Positions 37,331 through 53,233 are shown, numbered from the stretch's first letter. The stretch is DNA of 64,000 nt from Eledone cirrhosa (GCA_964016885.1 OZ024740.1:343418001-343482000), one strand, 5' to 3'. Notes: generated by a model not told the origin, from the letters alone. Numbers and translations: made by a program.

Positions 37331-39416
37331 CTATATATGTACGTATGTATGTACGTATATATACATATATACGTACATGCTTCCCTGTGTATGTGTGTGT
37401 GTTTGGAGAGAAAGAGAGGGGAGAGAAGGAGAGAAAGAGAGAGACCAGGAGTCAGAACAACTAAACACTATTTTCTTTTTCTTTTTAGAATGTAACAAGA
37501 TGTGGTGTGTGATGAGAAGCCACCCGTTGTTGTTTCCTATCAACAGGCTAATTTCGGAGGCCATAAACGCCCCATAATTTGTTGGTTTATAACTGATCTA
37601 TGCTGTAGAGATATGGAAAAGAGGAACGAAAGCTAATAATGGTAGTTCATTCACCGTTGTAAGAATGTAGAAAAAAATATAAATCTGCAAGGAAACCTCC
37701 GACGTATTCTCCACCTACCATCACCAAAATCCTGTCTAAGTTATTCTTTCTTTTACCATTTCCTTCTTATCTTAGTACTCATCGTTCTCCTTCGTTTATG
37801 TGTTGTTGATTTTCTGTTTTTCAAACTTATTCTTTCATCACTGTTTTACTTATTCTAGAAAATTTACAGTCGACTCCTCCTTTCATTCACTGTCATCTTT
37901 TATCTTTCACGCGACCGATAAAAAAAAATTTAATAAAAATTTAACAAAACAAACAAAAATAGCATCAACAACAAACATTTTAACAGATTCCCTCAACCCC
38001 CGACTCACTCACTAAAAGGAGGTACGGGCAACAGCAACAGTAAACAAAATAAAGACAGAAAAAAAAAGGACAAAAGATAAACAACAACGAGAAAACAAAT
38101 AAAACGACCCACAATTTAACAAAGGGCTTTATAATTGGGAATTAACTGACATTATTCCCTGAGAATATGGTACAAACAAATCGCAGACCTAGTTTTCGGT
38201 GAAGCGACAGGGCTACAATAGTTCTGTTCTGACTCTATCTCGTTCTCGCTTTTTCTCTCCTGTCTTTCTGTGCCTATCTTTCTCCCTCATACTCATATTT
38301 CTTTCCCTTCTTCTTATTTTCTTTTATCTTTTATTTGATTCTCTCTCTCTCTCCGATATTTTCGCTGGCTTCCAACGTTGCTTTCAAATCCTCTCCGGAC
38401 TAAAGTCTACGATAGAACAGTCAAGAGGCGAGATATAACTCAATCATTTAACACTTCGAATATTGGAATTAGCTTTTTACAACACACTGACACCTGCCAA
38501 GAACTCATTATCTCACTAAATCTATTATTATCATTATTATTGGCAAAGATAGTTGCTGAATTGGCAGAGAAGGTAGAATTACAGACAATAATGTTTGTCG
38601 GTATTTAGTTACCCACATTTATGTTCTTAGTGCTAATATCACCAAGGTTGATTTTTACCTTTTATCATTCCATAGTTACATACTATGGGCGATCTAATCG
38701 ATTGTGCCCGTCTCCCAAAATGTGTAGTCTTGTGTTTATGTTAATATTATCTCTGTTACTCATGAATTGAGAAAGGCACAGAGTTTATTTATATGGTTTA
38801 TTATATGGCTTGGCCTGGAAGAAGGGATTGTTATGCCTTGTATTTGTAGACCCTCCAAGACTGGTGAGATTGTTGCGATTAATATTTCTTTTATACAGCT
38901 GTATATTGACAGCTGAGCAGGGGAGTGTAATTCTAAAGCACCAACGTTCTGGGAAGAAAGGGCTAGTTGACGTGACTAATACGGGACCTGAGATGATTGT
39001 CTCAATATAGATAGGGGTTAACCGAGAAGAGAAGATACAAATGAATCTAGAGGACATAAATAGAAAGGACATTACACCAGATTGTAGGAGTAAAGACCGC
39101 TGTAACATAGATAGAAAAGACAATATGAGGAGATGCTGAGGTGTGGTGGTGAGTGACATCATACCTATCCGCCAGGATGTCGTATCTGGATCTGTTCTCA
39201 GATTTGTGCATGTGAAACACATACCAAAGGTTATGGGTTTCACTTGAGCTTTGAAAATGATCATTATTTATTGTGAAATTAAGTATTTTGTGGCTGTAAA
39301 GTGCGCCTGTCTTTGTAATACAGTCTTCATTACGTTGAAGACGTGCCTTCGACAGAAGAGATTACATATATATATTTATATATATATAATAGAATATAAA
39401 AGAGAAACGAACACAG

Positions 39417-39702
<286 letters not shown>

Positions 39703-39707
<5 letters not shown>

Positions 39708-39982
39708 ATATTAAATAAATCGAAACTATATTTATAAAACCATATTTATTTTATTATATATACTTCAAGGGTACCAAGACACATTGGTACGCTTTCATCA
39801 GATAAAATACAAAGTTTGTTTTATAAATGGAGACATACCCATGAAAATCATACCTTATCAGTTGGAAATTCACTGGATAGTGGAAATATATTAGGGATTT
39901 TTCAAACTTATGTGTGAATATGCAAATGAATATGTACATAATTGAAAAATAACCGTTTATTTAAACGACAATGGAGAGAGAG

Positions 39983-40051
<69 letters not shown>

Positions 40052-41426
40052 GAAAGAAACAAGAGAAGATGAATAAAATCTCATAACGTTAATACGAGGG
40101 AAATATATTCTAAGTATATATCTTAATAGTACGTGTATTTACGATTATTAGTTGTTTAAAATTTGTTTATAATATATTTGTCTTCTGTTATAAGTAGATA
40201 AATAAATAAATACATAAATAAATAAATAAATAAATAAATAGATGGGTAAATCATGTTATAGATAATTGTTCTAATGAGTTATGAGGGATATTGGTTTTGT
40301 ATTTAATGTAAATAAATATTAAGTTAAATTAAATTAAATTAACTGAGTTAATAAGAATATTTATATTTATATGATTTAAAATGGGAAGATACGGAAAAAA
40401 TCCGGTTTAATTTATTTATTCGTTAGTGTGAGACTATTTTGTCAAAATAAGTATAGATTCTGCAAATTGTGTATTGAGGACATTTTTTACATACTTAAAT
40501 GTAAAAATTCTATTAATCTAGGAACGAATTTATTTAATTCTTGTAGACATCGCCAGAATTCAACATTCAGAACTATATATAACTTGTAATTATACTTATA
40601 ATATTTCTACTTATTTCCATAACAATCTCATCCACTTGGTTTTAATATATTGATATCTCTAAATCATAATATCTATAAGATTTGCTATAATTCCACTTCT
40701 TAAAGTTTCATAAAATATATACGTATATAATTCTAATCTTTTTAAAAAAAATTTAATTTTGATTTTAATAATTTTTATTTCTTTATTTTTATTTCTTTAA
40801 AAATTACTTATCTCTTATAAATTATTTTTTACAAATTTTCTCAAATTTTTCAATATTTTTTCAATACTTTTTCAATATTTTTCAATACTTTTTCAATATT
40901 TTTTCAATATTTTCCAATAGATTTATAACCACTAACTGATTCTGGCTAAATGTATTTTCAACATCTATACTTATTTTGTCAAAATAATCTCACACTAACG
41001 AATAAATAAATTAAACCGGATTTTTTCCGTATCTTCCCATTTTAAATCATATAAATATAAATATACTTATTAACTCAGTTAATTTAATTTAATTTAACTT
41101 AATATTTATTTACATTAAATACAAAACCAATATCCCTCATAACTCATTAGAACAATTATCTATAACATGATATACCCATCTATTTATTTATTTATTTATT
41201 TATGTATTTATTTATTTATTTATCTACTTATAACAGAAGACAAATATATTATAAACAAATTTGAAACAACTAATAATCGTAAATACACGTACTATTAAGA
41301 TATATACTTAGAATATATTTCCCTCAAATTAACGTTATATGAGATTTTATTCATCTTCTCTTGTTTCTTTCTTCTCTCTCTTTCACTCTCTCTCTCTCTC
41401 GCACTATTTTATCCTTCTCCTCTTAT

Positions 41427-41457
<31 letters not shown>

Positions 41458-41712
41458 GTCCATAGTCGTTTAAATAAACGATTGTTTTTCAATTATTTAC
41501 ATATTCATTTGCATATTCACACATAAGTTTGAAAAATCCCTAATATATTTCCACTATCCAGTGAATTTCCAACTGATAAGATATGATTTTCATGGGTATG
41601 TCTCTATTTATAAAACAAACTTTGTATTTTATCTGATGAAAGCGTACCAATGTGTCTTGGTACCCTTAAATATGGTTTTATAAATATAGTTTCCATTTAT
41701 TTAATATCATTG
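39703..41712. mobile_element. 2-kb foldback, probably Penelope-derived; ~750-bp arms (39703-40458, 40963-41712), ~500-bp spacer
   Basis: Arms are reverse complements including inner (GA)n and (TAAA)n tracts; hammerhead motif near each outer end. Confidence 0.88.
39748..39808 (-). ncRNA. Hammerhead motif with GAAG in place of GAAA
   Basis: Minus strand: attttat-CTGATGA-aagc-gtaccaa(tgtgtc)ttggtac-cctt-GAAG-tatata-TA-ataaaat. The right-arm copy (core 41633-41639) lacks the 3' half. Confidence 0.7.
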
Positions 41713-41802
41713 AATATTTACTCCAGTAAACTGTTGAGTGCTCTAAATCAGTTATAAACATTTAGATTTGTCGGACTTCCAACAAATTAAATACCCCTTC
41801 TA

Positions 41803-41872
<70 letters not shown>

Positions 41873-41914
41873 CATTTAATACATATATATGTGTGAGTGA
41901 GTGTGTGTGTGTAT

Positions 41915-42340
41915 CCGGAAAGCAACTACAGAAATACATCAGCCTACCGACATATCGGAAAAAGCGAGATTAAGGCGCTTGTGTATAAAGCAATATTAAC
42001 AACAGAAGATGCCCGGACCCCGGACAGCTGACCTCCTCCGTAAAATCGGATCGTTAACAGGCTGTTTGAGGAAGGAGTCTTGCGAGGTTGGGTGGCTGTT
42101 GCAGCGTCTGTCGCTGGCCATTGTCTACAGAAATACCTTTGCCATCTTGTCTGCAGGTCGCAGCCGAAACACTGCTCTAACCTAGGTGTAGGGTCTGTTA
42201 CCCTCTTTCCTTCCCTCTTTATTTCTTCCTTTGTCTTGTAGTCCTTGCTCTTCTTTTCCTCTCATTTATGGCATTTATAGTCCTTTCCAATACTGCTCTC
42301 TTTTTCTGTGTTTTTAGATAATTCTACTTCGAAATAAAAC
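41915..42340 (+). mobile_element. CRE-like non-LTR retrotransposon 3' fragment
   Basis: WLLQRLSLAIVYRNTFAIL resembles the QRLSxAIQRGNA C-terminal motif of CRE-type elements; pyrimidine-rich UTR and AATAAA near 42333. Confidence 0.5.
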
Positions 42341-42633
42341 TAGATATATGTATATCAAAAAAAGATTATATTTAACAGGCCTCACAAATCCCCCTCATCC
42401 TCCACATCGCCATCCTCCTCCTCCTCCTCCTCCTCCTCCTCCTCCTCCTCCTCCTCCTCCTCCTCCTCCTCCTCCTCCTCCTCCTCCTCCTCCTCCTCTT
42501 CACTATCCTCATCAATATCATCATCGTCATCGTCATCGCCATCGTCATCATGATTCTCATTATTTTATCTTTATCCTCCTCCTTCTCTACATTGTATCAG
42601 CTTTGAAGCTTATTACTCGTTGCCTCTTTTTAA

Positions 42634-42713
<80 letters not shown>

Positions 42714-43397
42714 TTCTCAATCGCTAATAAATACCGGTCTTTTTTTGTTTTTATCTCCAAACTTACCCGCAGACTCTCACACACGACACACATCTCCAGC
42801 TAAATGAACACTCGCATATACACGTATACACACACACACACTTATCGTCCATATATTTCTTTATTACCTGCTCTTTATCCCCAGTTCGTTTCTTTCCCAC
42901 TTTCCTTCTTAAGTTACTGTGACCTCTAGGTTCTGTTTAAGTTCGAACATCTCTTTTCTGAAGTTGCAAGGCCCTGGAACTTTCACCCAATTTCCATATT
43001 GGTTTTCTAAATAAAACGACGCTCTCCTACACTTACAGCTTTCACCCAACCCGAAGATTTGCCTTGTCGGTTAGTAAAGAGAGGAAGAGAGGGAGAGGGG
43101 GATGGGGTGGAGAAATATAGAGTCAAAAGACAAGAATACGAAAGAGAAAGAGAGATTGGGTGAGAGGAAAGAATGAGATGAAGAGAGTGAGACGAAAGGG
43201 TGTTTAAGAGATAGAAGTAGAGAGAAATAGAAGGAAATAGAGAGAGAAGACTGGTACACAGATAGAAGTACAGACAAAGAGGACGAGGAGGAGAAAAAAG
43301 ATATAGATTAAGAGGGAATGAGGGGAAGGGAGAGTGAGAAGAAGAGAAGATAAACAACAACAAAAGACAATATAAGATTAAATTAACAGCAAAAACA

Positions 43398-43745
43398 CGT
43401 AACACATACACAGACGTACACATACACAGACGTACACATACATAGACATACGCATACATAGACGTACACATACATAGACGTACACATACACAGACGTACA
43501 CATACATGGACGTACGCATACATAGACGTACACATACATGGACGTACACATACATAGAGGCACACATACATAGACGTACACATACATGGACGTACACATA
43601 CATAGAGGCACACATACATAGACGTACACATACATAGACGTACACAGACGCACATATACCTAGATGTACACATACACAGACGTACACATACATAGACGCA
43701 CACATACATAGACATACACATACATAGACACACGCAGGCACACAC
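43398..43745. repeat. Minisatellite built on gacgtacacatacata (14-16-bp subunits)
   Basis: Direct reading. Confidence 0.9.
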
Positions 43746-43962
43746 ATGCGCACTCAAATCAAAAAGGAAAAGAGAAACAACATCAATAAGAAATGACCGA
43801 CGACAGCATGAACAACAGCAACACGGACAGGGACAAAACACCAATGTGTTTACAAGAGTGGCTTTAATAGAAGCCGAGGGATCAGTTGACTGTAAAGGAC
43901 GCTTGTCATTCATCTGTTTCATCAAATGAGATGCAGCATCTCTGTTTAGTCAAGTATAACAT

Positions 43963-44345
43963 AAACAACAAAAGTCAACACCAACATTACCAACAACAAC
44001 AATAACAACAAAAGTCAACACCAACATTACCAACAACAACAGGAACAACAAAAGTCAACACCGACATTACCAACAACAACAATAACAAGAACAACAAAAG
44101 TTAACACCGACACTACAAACAACAACAACAACAATAACAAGAACAAGAAAAGTCAACACCGACACTACAAATAACAACAATAACAAGAACAATAACAACA
44201 AAAGTTAACACCAACATTACCAACAACAACGGCAACAATAACAAGAACAAGAAAAGTCAACACCGACACTACAAACAACAACAATAACAAAAACAACAGC
44301 AACAACAATAACAAGAAGAAGAATAACAACAACAACAACAAAAAC
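43963..44345. repeat. (AAC)n-based minisatellite with recurring aaaagtcaacacc
   Basis: Seven copies of aaaagtyaacacc separated by variable AAC/AAT runs. Confidence 0.88.
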
Positions 44346-44435
44346 GATCACGAAAAGCAACTTGACCTTTCATCCTTTTGGAGTCGTTAAAATAAAGTAG
44401 AAATCTATGGCGATGGATTAGAAGAATAGTTAGAG

Positions 44436-44718
44436 CAAGGCATGGGCAACCTTTTTGGAGAAGCGGGCCGCATGAGATATGGCTCATCATCAGGCGGGCC
44501 GCAAGCGCTAATTTACATTTGTGTCCACGTTAAAAAAAAAGGGCAGTAACTCAGGTTGTTTTGGTTTGTTTCTTCAGAATTCGTACACCTTGTTTTCCTC
44601 GATCGTAAAAATGATAGAAAGATACATAACAACTTAAAAGCTGGGGTAAAATATCAGAAAGATTTCACTTAGGCGAGCCATTCAGAAAACTTTGTGGACC
44701 GCAGGTTTCCCATGACTG
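44436..44718. mobile_element. hAT-type MITE inserted in a SINE head
   Basis: Ends caaggcatgggcaacc / ggtttcccatgactg; 8-bp duplication agttagag at 44428-44435 and 44719-44726; B box gagttcaaatcc follows at about 44759. Confidence 0.88.
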
Positions 44719-45264
44719 AGTTAGAGCATCGGACGAAATGCCTTGTGTTATGAGTTATGAGTTCAAATCCCACTATGGGCTTACTTGGGTGGTAGACATA
44801 ATACGTCACTTGGTCTAATACCCCCACCTACCCCATGAATGCCTTTAACAGAGTCAGTTCTATAGCAAGTATTCGGTATAGGTCTTTTGTTTGATGTTAC
44901 CCCCCTCACAGTAGTCTCGGTGGCCGTCAAAAGGATCATGGGGACTGTTCTTCGTCCATGACTAAACCGTCAAAATACAACAACAGGAATAACAAATGAA
45001 CAAAATCAAAACAAATTAAAGTAATAGTTTTGGGAAATGTTTCATTCGTGCTTCATAGTTATTTAACCTCAGGTCAACTGTGATTATCTTTTACTGTTTA
45101 GTAGAAGAAAGAAGGTCAGTGCCCATGACTATATGTTCCGGAGAGTACGAAACTGGAGAGAAAAGGCTATCCTTAAATTGTGATCTGGCCCAAAAGCTTG
45201 CAACAGAATTAACTCCTCGAGAATTAACACCCGAGAGTCCTTCATTTATGGTCGAATTCATTTC

Positions 45265-45725
45265 AACCATGACCATCCGATGTGTCTCTTTTTAAGACAG
45301 TAAGGTATGTTTTTAGAGAGATTTGGCAGCTATTTCTAACACGTCGAGCGATCATATTGAGGCGCCCTCGTTGACGTTGTTATAAATAGTAGTTGTCAGC
45401 CCTGATCGAGCAAACTTATGATCAAAGATATTCCAGCCATGACTACCCATCATTGTCAGACATTGTGAACACAGAGTGCAATGAGCGCTGTTTTAATATA
45501 ATAGAGTGTGATTTGAGGGAATGTTGGCTGCTATCTCCACTAGGTCAAGCGGTTACGTATAAGTTCTTGTTCGAGCAGACATCTAACTGACGGTTCTCTA
45601 AGCCGTGACCATCACTTGTTTTCTTATATGAAGGGATCCCTGGATCACGTTATCCAATGTGTCATATTTCAAGACGGTAAGGCGTGATTTAAATGAATTT
45701 GGCTACTGTTTCTAGCAAGTCAAAC
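45265..45725 (+). repeat. Three decayed tandem copies of an unclassified interspersed repeat; related pieces near 31310-31460, 46505-46780 and 47780-47830 (minus)
   Basis: Recurring gtgatttg..atttggctgctatttctag and tgatcaaag..ttccagccatga. Confidence 0.65.
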
Positions 45726-46367
45726 TGGACAACCGGTACTTTCTCGCAGTATTTTAGTATTTTGAAGTAGAGATAGGCATATGTTAATGAATTATCGAGT
45801 TTGAGAAAGTTCCAGACCATTTTTATTGGTGTTGTTATTGTTTTGGTCGTGTGTGGTGATCGTGATATTGTGTAGTGAAGGGGGAATAATTTTGATGTTG
45901 GTCGATGTTAAAAGATGAAAAATAAATGAATATATATGTGAAAAACAAGAGAAATACAAACTAGAAAGAGGAAGAGAACGACTGAAGAAAAAATGGGAAA
46001 TGGATCGAGATGGAAATCTAGAGCTGTATTTCTTTCCGGTGTTTATTTTAAATAGTATCTTTTCATTGACTGGTAAAGAAGAAAGGTTTCAGTGACTGTG
46101 AGATAGAGAGGGAGGTGGTCATTGAAAAATAGGAAAAAGTAAGAAACAAAGAGAGTGAATGTATAAGAGAGAAAAAGAGAGAGAAAGAGAATGTGTGGGG
46201 GGGGGGGGAGATAGTGAGCTGGAATAACAACTTTGTTTCGCTTTTTCATCTGTTAATTTAGTCACATCTTTCCGACACGAGAAACAACCATGCACACTCC
46301 TCATTATCTACCTACTAACCAGCCCACCACCACTACCACCACCAATAGCACCACCACCACCACCACC

Positions 46368-46428
<61 letters not shown>

Positions 46429-47887
46429 GTTTCTGTTGCTGTTACTTCAGCTTTTCCTTTAATCTTTCTACCCATGTTTTTATTATTGTTATTGTTGTTG
46501 TTGACCCCTAGGTTATCCTTGATCCCAGAGGCCTAAGATCAAAGGCATTCCGATCTTCACCCTCTCGTCGTTTTTAATCAGACACAGTGTATCAAGGATT
46601 ACCTTATTCTGGGGTCGATTGAAGCCATCGACCTGCAGCTATTTTAAAGGGACTTTAATGGCATCAAACTCACCGGTTTGAGCAGATCTGCATAGATGAT
46701 GGGCGCAGTCTTTGCCCCCCAGGACAATAAAAAGAAATAGGCATAGGTTGTGATTTGAGGGAGATTTGACTGCTATTTTTCTTTTCTTTTCTTTTCTTTT
46801 TTCTTCTAGAATATGAAAATATTGTAAATGGAGAGATGACAACTTGAATGTCACGAACAAATGAAGTAGTCTTTATATGGTTGCTAGATAGACTAGAGGG
46901 AAAGAGAGATGGTTAGAAAAGGAGAGTGGTAGAAATAAAAAGGAGATTATGTGTATGCAGGTGAGTAAATCAATGGATATCATTGCCGGGGTTGTAGCAT
47001 AAACGACCCGTTCTTTGATAACGTTATTACAATTTTAATTATTTAATCTATTTCCCCATTTCACGCACATGCAGGTATGTACATATTCCTTTATCCTTTG
47101 ACTGGTTTCAGTCATTGAACTGTGACCAATCTGGAACAATCCATTTTAGTGTATAGTGATTAGATGAACCTCAGTATTTACAATTTTGATAGGTACATAT
47201 TTAATCGACCTTGTAAGGAGGAAAAATAAAGTAAACATAAACAGAATTTAAACTCAGAACGACAAGGTATCTTGCCAGACGCTCTACGTATTCTAACATA
47301 TAGCCAATATAAAATACGCATATGCAAAATGTATGATGAGACCATGGAAACTAGTATCACTACGCCTTGCGAAAGTGCCACAAGCTATAGTCCAAGTCAT
47401 AAAAGGCTAACTGCAGCATGGTTCACTCAGCTGTTTATAAAATTTACAAGTATAGTCACAGGCAGAATTGGGTTATCAACAAGATATGTTAAAGAAACAT
47501 GTTCTCAAAGCTGTCCCGTGATGGCAGTGAACCCGTCGTCCTTCCTGCTGAGGAAATGTCAGGTTATACGCTAAGATCTACAGAAGAAAGAAAATGAATG
47601 TCACTCACACCTTGTTCACCTCTATTGTAGCCACCATTTGCGGGTGAGTGCAATGTATTCAGACTGTCACACTGCACCCTATACGATTAATCACTGCATA
47701 TACGAGAACTCTGGTCCTCGGCAAGGTGAAAAGAAGATGGATGTTTAAATGACCTAGAACTGACGAATGAGGGAGCCTCAGTGCAGCCACATAATCTGCT
47801 AGAAATAGCAGTTGAATTTTCCTAAAATTTCACTCCATTTTTTAATTAAGGGGAAGACATAAAATAAGGTGGTTCTACATATATAAT

Positions 47888-48107
47888 GGGTTCTTATATA
47901 GCACAAGGCCAGCAATTTCTGTGTGTGTGTGAGAGTGGGTGGTGGGGGGAGTCGATTAAATCGACCCCAGTGCATGACTGGTACTTTATTTTATTGACCC
48001 CGTAAGGATGAAAGGCAAAGTTAACCTCGGCGAGATTTGAACTCAGATCATAAAGGGCCTAAACTCTATGCCCGACCCTCCATCGATACTGCCAATCCAC
48101 CGCCCCT
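47888..48107 (-). mobile_element. Family A SINE, near full length
   Basis: gcacaaggccagcaatt..gaccccagtgcatgactggtactttatt..gatttgaactcag..tgccaatccaccgcc. Confidence 0.88.
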
Positions 48108-48573
48108 TGGTTCTATATATATAATCAAATTAGTTTGACATTGCATTTAAACAAAATTATGTTTAGATTTGACCTAGTACTAAACAAAACAATAAGTACA
48201 ACAATAGCAACAACATTTCTCAAAGGGGTTGATTCGAAATGATAGAAAAAAATACATTAACTTACATTTTATAACGGTTTAGGGCAAATTTTCTTTAGGT
48301 TTCGCAAACTGTTTCATATTCAGATTCTTATATACGAAGTTAATGTATTACAGAAACATTAAATTCGAACTGTTTTGAAAATAATTTGCGATTAATTTGG
48401 TACAAATATCAATAATCTTTCGAACCAACTAGGGAAGCTGTACATGGTCATTCGACCTGATAGATTAGTCAGTCATATCAACTCTAGAATCTATTTGTCG
48501 AATTAGTAAGTGTCTATATATATGCACACACGCGTGCAGTCCCCCCCCCCCATATGTATATATATATATTTAA

Positions 48574-48698
48574 TATAGAAATCGTTTCTACAACAGGACT
48601 AGAACTGTTTAATTCGAAGGAAATCACCCGGAATGGGATTTCCTGATGATTTCCATTGAATGAAACAGTTCTAGTCCTGTAGAAGCCATTTCTATATT
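48574..48698. repeat. Short foldback with a hammerhead core in the right arm; related single arm at 32252-32312
   Basis: aatatagaaat..caggactagaactgttt / aaacagttctagtcctg..atttctatatt; CTGATGA 48643-48649, GAAA 48662-48665; stem I weak. Confidence 0.7.
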
Positions 48699-48943
48699 GT
48701 ATGCACGTATGAATTCGCCCACATATTCACAAATCCTTGAAGCTGATACAAACAAAAGTGCGTTGTCACTTTCTTACTGACCGACTTGATTTATGTATAG
48801 TAGGGTTTTAAAACATCTGAATGCAAATCACACATACACAGACACACATACATATATATATACACATATACACACACACATATATATACATATATACGTA
48901 TATATATATATACGTATATATATATACACACATATATATATAT

Positions 48944-49011
<68 letters not shown>

Positions 49012-49046
49012 GTATATATATACGTATATATATATATATATTATAA

Positions 49047-49089
<43 letters not shown>

Positions 49090-49523
49090 ATATTATTTTC
49101 CACAAGAATGAGAATAATTCCGATAATAACTTTAAGAAGATAGGTCCTACTATCGAAGCAGGGAGTCTGATATCAAAACTCATCCTATTCGATATAACTT
49201 GGTATCGACCTACCTATAAAGCTACAGAAATCTTATTAGATATCAGATGTTATTTCCGCTATGAGAATTTTTCTTGGATATAATATTAATATTAGTATTT
49301 TTATTATTATTATCATTAACATTTTTTATAACATTTGCACAGTTTTACTTGTATTTCCTATCTTTCTCAAACATTAAAAAAAAAATGGTAATATAATATC
49401 AAAAATATCCCAACAAAAAATAGGAAAATTATATTGAAAAAAATAACGACAGATAAAAAGAAATCTACTCGCAACAGATTTCTATAGTGGAATATTCCTT
49501 CAATGGTTGTTTGATCATACCAC

Positions 49524-49555
<32 letters not shown>

Positions 49556-49556
49556 A

Positions 49557-49614
<58 letters not shown>

Positions 49615-49626
49615 CACATATATATA

Positions 49627-49681
<55 letters not shown>

Positions 49682-49815
49682 AAGTGTTCATATTCAGAAT
49701 TTTTTTGTCATTCTTCATAAGATGTGCAATTTTTTAAAGTTTCTTCCTTCTGTTCACAGGTTTTTTTTAACTCTCACAAGCACAATCATGTAGAAAACGA
49801 TAGGGTTTACTTGCA

Positions 49816-49913
<98 letters not shown>

Positions 49914-49960
49914 CATACATATATATATATATTTCAAATACACAAACATGTATGTGTGTG

Positions 49961-50016
<56 letters not shown>

Positions 50017-50034
50017 TATATATATATATGTATG

Positions 50035-50066
<32 letters not shown>

Positions 50067-50232
50067 TATATGTATATATATTTATATATTGCCAATATAC
50101 ACACATGTATAAATATGTATATATATATGTATATATATATATATACATATATGTATATATATTTATATATTGCCAATATACACACATGTATAAATATATA
50201 TATATAAATTTATATATTGCAAATATACAGAC

Positions 50233-50343
<111 letters not shown>

Positions 50344-50565
50344 TGTGTATTAGCATACATGCATGTTATCAATGTGCGAGTGTGTGTGTTTGTGTACGTG
50401 CGTTTGTATGAGACGAGAAAAAAGATGAAAACACAATCCTTAGGTTAAGAACTGTCTACAATGAAAATCTATTTAGTTTCATCTTTGACGACGTTTGTAC
50501 TGCAATTCTTCCGCTTAAACCCTCATTCCATTTGGCTTTTCACATCTATTTACATCCTCCCACAC

Positions 50566-50616
<51 letters not shown>

Positions 50617-50679
50617 TATATACATTTATATATATGTATATTTGTATGTATATGTATGTATATATATATATATATACAT

Positions 50680-50784
<105 letters not shown>

Positions 50785-50985
50785 TGTATGTATGTATGTA
50801 TGTATATTTACATATACATATACAGACATACATACATACTTGTATATATATATATATATATATGTATGTACATACATCTATATATATATATATGTATATA
50901 TATATCTATATATATATATATGTATATGTATGTATATATATATATATATGTATGTATGTCTGTATTTACATATATGTATATGTAA

Positions 50986-51038
<53 letters not shown>

Positions 51039-51670
51039 CATACATACATAATTACATACATCTATATATATATACATATATAAATACATTCATGTACACA
51101 CACACACACAAAAATATGAAGCATTCGATGCATCTTACATACAAGCATGTAAGTATGTAAAGTATTGTGAAACTCTTTCAAGTTAAAAGAGGACAAGAAA
51201 AAAATAAACTCCTACGAAACAAACAAATAAAGAAAGAAATAAAGAAAGAAACATATAAACACCAATGTCCACCTTAACTTATACATGCACATATATTTTA
51301 TCATGATGCACCAACGTAGAGATTCTTTCATTTTTTGTCATATGTTTTATGTGACCGGCACAATGTAATGATATACTGATATATTCACATATACACGTAT
51401 ATGCTTACATAGAGTCATTTATCTATTTCTAAAGTACATATGTAAACACACGTTAGTAATGTTTCACTCGTTCCCATATATTACATACATACACACAATA
51501 GCATTGGTGTGATAAAAAAAATACGGTGGAAAAATAGTTGTTAGATTTCTTGTGATGTGGGTATGCACAGTAAAGTTGGAGTGTTGGTAAGGGAACCTAA
51601 AACATTTGTAAAGATATATAGTTTCTCTATCTTTTCAAGTCTAGCTACCATTATATAAATATATATATAA

Positions 51671-51753
<83 letters not shown>

Positions 51754-51770
51754 TATATATAAATATATAA

Positions 51771-51819
<49 letters not shown>

Positions 51820-51842
51820 TATAAATATATATATACATATAC

Positions 51843-51908
<66 letters not shown>

Positions 51909-51925
51909 TTTCAAGTCTCTCTACC

Positions 51926-52001
<76 letters not shown>

Positions 52002-52172
52002 TATAAATATGTATATCATTATACATAACACACGCTCACACGGCCTCCATCCTTGGAACTTAACTTAACAACCGGCTCAACCCCGATCTAATCCGCCGTG
52101 ACCTTTCTCCGAACTTTACACACCTTCCCACATGTTGTCTTTCCTTCCACGCATTACACACCTTTTGAACTC

Positions 52173-52207
52173 TCACCTGAAGAAGGGCTTATGCCCGAAA
52201 CGTCGTC
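52173..52207 (+). ncRNA. Minimal hammerhead motif in a pseudo-LTR-like fragment
   Basis: CTGAAGA-a-gggc(ttat)gccc-GAAA-cg-TC; stem I only ~2 bp; AATAAA follows near 52243. Confidence 0.65.
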
Positions 52208-52292
52208 CCCCACCTACCCCCCACTCTCCTCAGCGTGAATTTAATAAACATTTATCGTACTGCCTCTCTGTTCTGTCCCTGCTCAATTTTTC

Positions 52293-52342
<50 letters not shown>

Positions 52343-52351
52343 TATATATAA

Positions 52352-52442
<91 letters not shown>

Positions 52443-52477
52443 GAAGTAGTTGTATTTTGTGTTGTTCAGTTTCTAAT

Positions 52478-52525
<48 letters not shown>

Positions 52526-52539
52526 TATATATATTTATA

Positions 52540-52625
<86 letters not shown>

Positions 52626-53233
52626 AATAAGGGCGCTGCGGAGTTGCAAATGGGTTACATATGAAAAAAGTTTGTCCTTCATCAGTGATCTTCCAACTAT
52701 CATAGGTATTTCATCGCTTTAAAGACCATATACCTCCGGTTGGTGCGAGCAACGGCTAAAAAAAGTCGTTGGGACACGTAAATAAAGGGGACGCGAGGGT
52801 AAACAAACAAAATGGTGAGGTAACAGAAAGTGAGGAAGGAGGAAACAAGTCCCAGATTTCTATGAATTTAAGTTCGGTGAAATCGTGAACGAGAGAATAA
52901 AGACCATCAAACCTGGTTGAAATGTGAGCAAGGAAGGAATTTCGCACAGGTCTAACGGGAGGAAGAAGGGGTCTGGTCTGCGAATTCGGTAAACATAAGT
53001 TCTGTGAAATCGTAGACGCGAGAGAAAAAATTCCGACCAGCTTGGCCGAGGATGTGAGAGAAAAGAGTTACTCACAGGTCAAAGGGGAAGAAAGAGGAAG
53101 AGGAGGAGAGGTAGTGACAGAGAATGAGTGAGTGAAGGGTGAGGTGAGGAAGAGGCTAACAGAGAGAGAGACTGCTTTTCGTTTTTGAATTTGTTTAGCA
53201 AGATTCTTCATCTGAAAACGTGTGTTGAAGCCG

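Noticed and set aside
38785-39264. 159-aa minus-strand ORF
   Set aside because: No recognisable domain; probably decayed repeat sequence.
45080-45295. Possible host exon (EERRSVPMTICSGEY..), likewise acceptor-like sites at about 30265, 37488 and 46809
   Set aside because: Short frames, no recognisable protein and no consistent exon chain; needs RNA-seq.
49130-49180. Hairpin gatag/ctatc flanked by ttaagaa and gaag
   Set aside because: Too many core mismatches to call a ribozyme.
52660-52745. CTGATGA and GAAA on the minus strand
   Set aside because: Could not build the three hammerhead stems in a consistent order.
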